A program made the translations under genes and the position numbers. A DNA stretch of 63,244 bases, counting the filler, from Chiloscyllium plagiosum (Eukaryota): NCBI RefSeq assembly GCF_004010195.1. It is 4 parts of one record of this genome, joined end to end, with 100 filler letters (N's around TTAATTAATTAA, not from the genome) between each part and the next. Parts side by side here need not be neighbours in the genome. Positions count along the whole stretch, not along the records: positions 60,527 to 63,244 come from NC_057716.1; 3 more parts are not named here. One strand, written 5' to 3'. Within the stretch, counting starts at the first letter, position 1. Each line of letters starts with the position of its first letter. This document shows positions 62,120-63,244 of the stretch, one piece after another. The notes below the pieces were generated by a model. The model saw only the letters and a list, made by a program, of their open reading frames with translations, had not been told where the DNA came from and ran no database searches.

Positions 62120-63244
62120 TTCAGACGGAGGGCAAAGCCGGTCGGGAAGGTAAGTGATTGCTATTAGAGTGGGTGTGTTCTAAACCCCAGGTCCTACAAA
62201 GTAGGGTCTCCCTCCCTCCCTCCTCCTCTAACCTTAATTAAGAGTCCACAGACGTGCCACAAAAAGAGGGTCTAAGGAAGTTTAGATCTAATAGTGAGGC
62301 TTCAGCTCAGGAATCTTTGACAAGGAGGTTGAGTGAAGTGATTACACCACAGTTGAAGAGGGTGAAGACATGACTGCCCAGCTTGTTCAGTGCGCTACGT
62401 GCTTGATGTGGGAGGTCAACGACTCTGGTGTGTCTGGCTCGTATATGTGTGGAAAATGTGTGCACATTCAGTAATTGACCGAGCATATTGCAGCGCTGAC
62501 GAAAGAACTCAAAGACCTTAGGCTCATCCAAGAGAACGAGATCTTTCTGGACAAGAACTTCAGTGATGTTATTACACCAATCATGCCAGAAGAGAGCAGA
62601 AGAGAGCAGACGATGAGGAAGGCGGAGAGGAGATAGGTGCAAGAGACCCCGGGAGAAGTACCTGTCAGGAACAAGTTGAAGCTTTTGGAAACAGAGACTG
62701 ATGACACTGCCAGTTCGCAACGCGGCCACGTTTGTCAATCAAAAGTTGCCGCAGAGGCAGAGCGGAAGAGTCGGACATCGAATAGAGCCATGGTAATAGG
62801 GGACTCCATCGTGAGAGGAACTAACCGGGTTTTTTGTGGCAGCAGACGGGATTTAAGGATGGTGTGTTGCCTTCCTGGTACGAGAGTGAAAGACATCACG
62901 GACAGAGTGCAGGAAATCATCAAGGATGAGGGTGAAGAGCCAGAGGTGGTGGTACATGTCGGCACAAATGATGTCAGGAAGAAGAGGAGGAACATACTAC
63001 AGCGAGACTTCGGAGAACTAGGAAGAAGGCTGAAAAGCAGGACGTCCAAGGTGGTTATCTCCGGTTTGCTTCCAGTTCCTCGGGCTAGTGTGGCCAGAGG
63101 CAGGGAGATAATGGACTTGAACGTGTGGTTGGGGAACTGGTGCAGGAAGCAAGGATTCAAGTTCTTGGATCACTGGGGTATATTTTATGGTAAGCATAAA
63201 TTCTACAAGAGAGACGGCTTGCACCTAAATAGGTTAGGGACCAG
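62120..63244 (+). mobile_element. CR1 5' end: 5' UTR and ORF1, running off the window
   Basis: See the ORF1 feature; 5' boundary approximate. Confidence 0.88.
62370..63244 (+). pseudogene. CR1 ORF1 (CxxC..CxxC zinc finger, coiled coil, SGNH/GDSL esterase); two in-frame stops; not in the ORF track
   Basis: ATG 62370: MTAQLVQCATC...MCGKC; TAA 62472 and TAG 62634; then AMVIGDSIVRG, HVGTND, DGLHLN. Confidence 0.9.

Noticed and set aside
62307..63224. Minus-strand ORFs 62307-62738, 62735-63160 and 63018-63224
   Set aside because: Antisense shadows of the plus-strand CR1 ORF1.

Overview
Repeat-dense, gene-poor eukaryotic DNA. The repeat families (HE1-type V-SINEs, HER1/CR1 LINEs, DeuSINEs) point to a cartilaginous fish, most likely a shark (inference). 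I found no host protein-coding exon I can support; every recognisable ORF comes from a mobile element. Contents: (1) many CR1 LINE pieces, including two ORF1 regions with an SGNH esterase; (2) a decayed, near full-length Gmr1-type Ty3/Gypsy element (LTRs, tRNA-Pro PBS, SCAN-like/CCHC gag, PR-INT-RT-RH order) plus solo LTRs and a second Gypsy 3' end; (3) two young L1-clade copies; (4) a Rex1/Babar LINE; (5) a Tigger/pogo transposon; (6) three tandem Tx1-like 3' ends nested in a solo LTR; (7) several SINEs; (8) a 43-bp minisatellite; (9) about a dozen Penelope-like remnants. The most interesting signal is in the Penelope-derived pieces. They carry minimal hammerhead ribozyme motifs (CTGANGA-stem II-GAAA-palindromic stem III) of at least three sequence families, often as ~100-220-bp ORF-less inserts that are palindromic and/or flanked by target-site duplications (TSDs). 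Three 100-bp scaffold gaps contain an artificial TTAATTAATTAA spacer, so adjacency across them is unreliable. All calls and most boundaries were made by eye without database searches.
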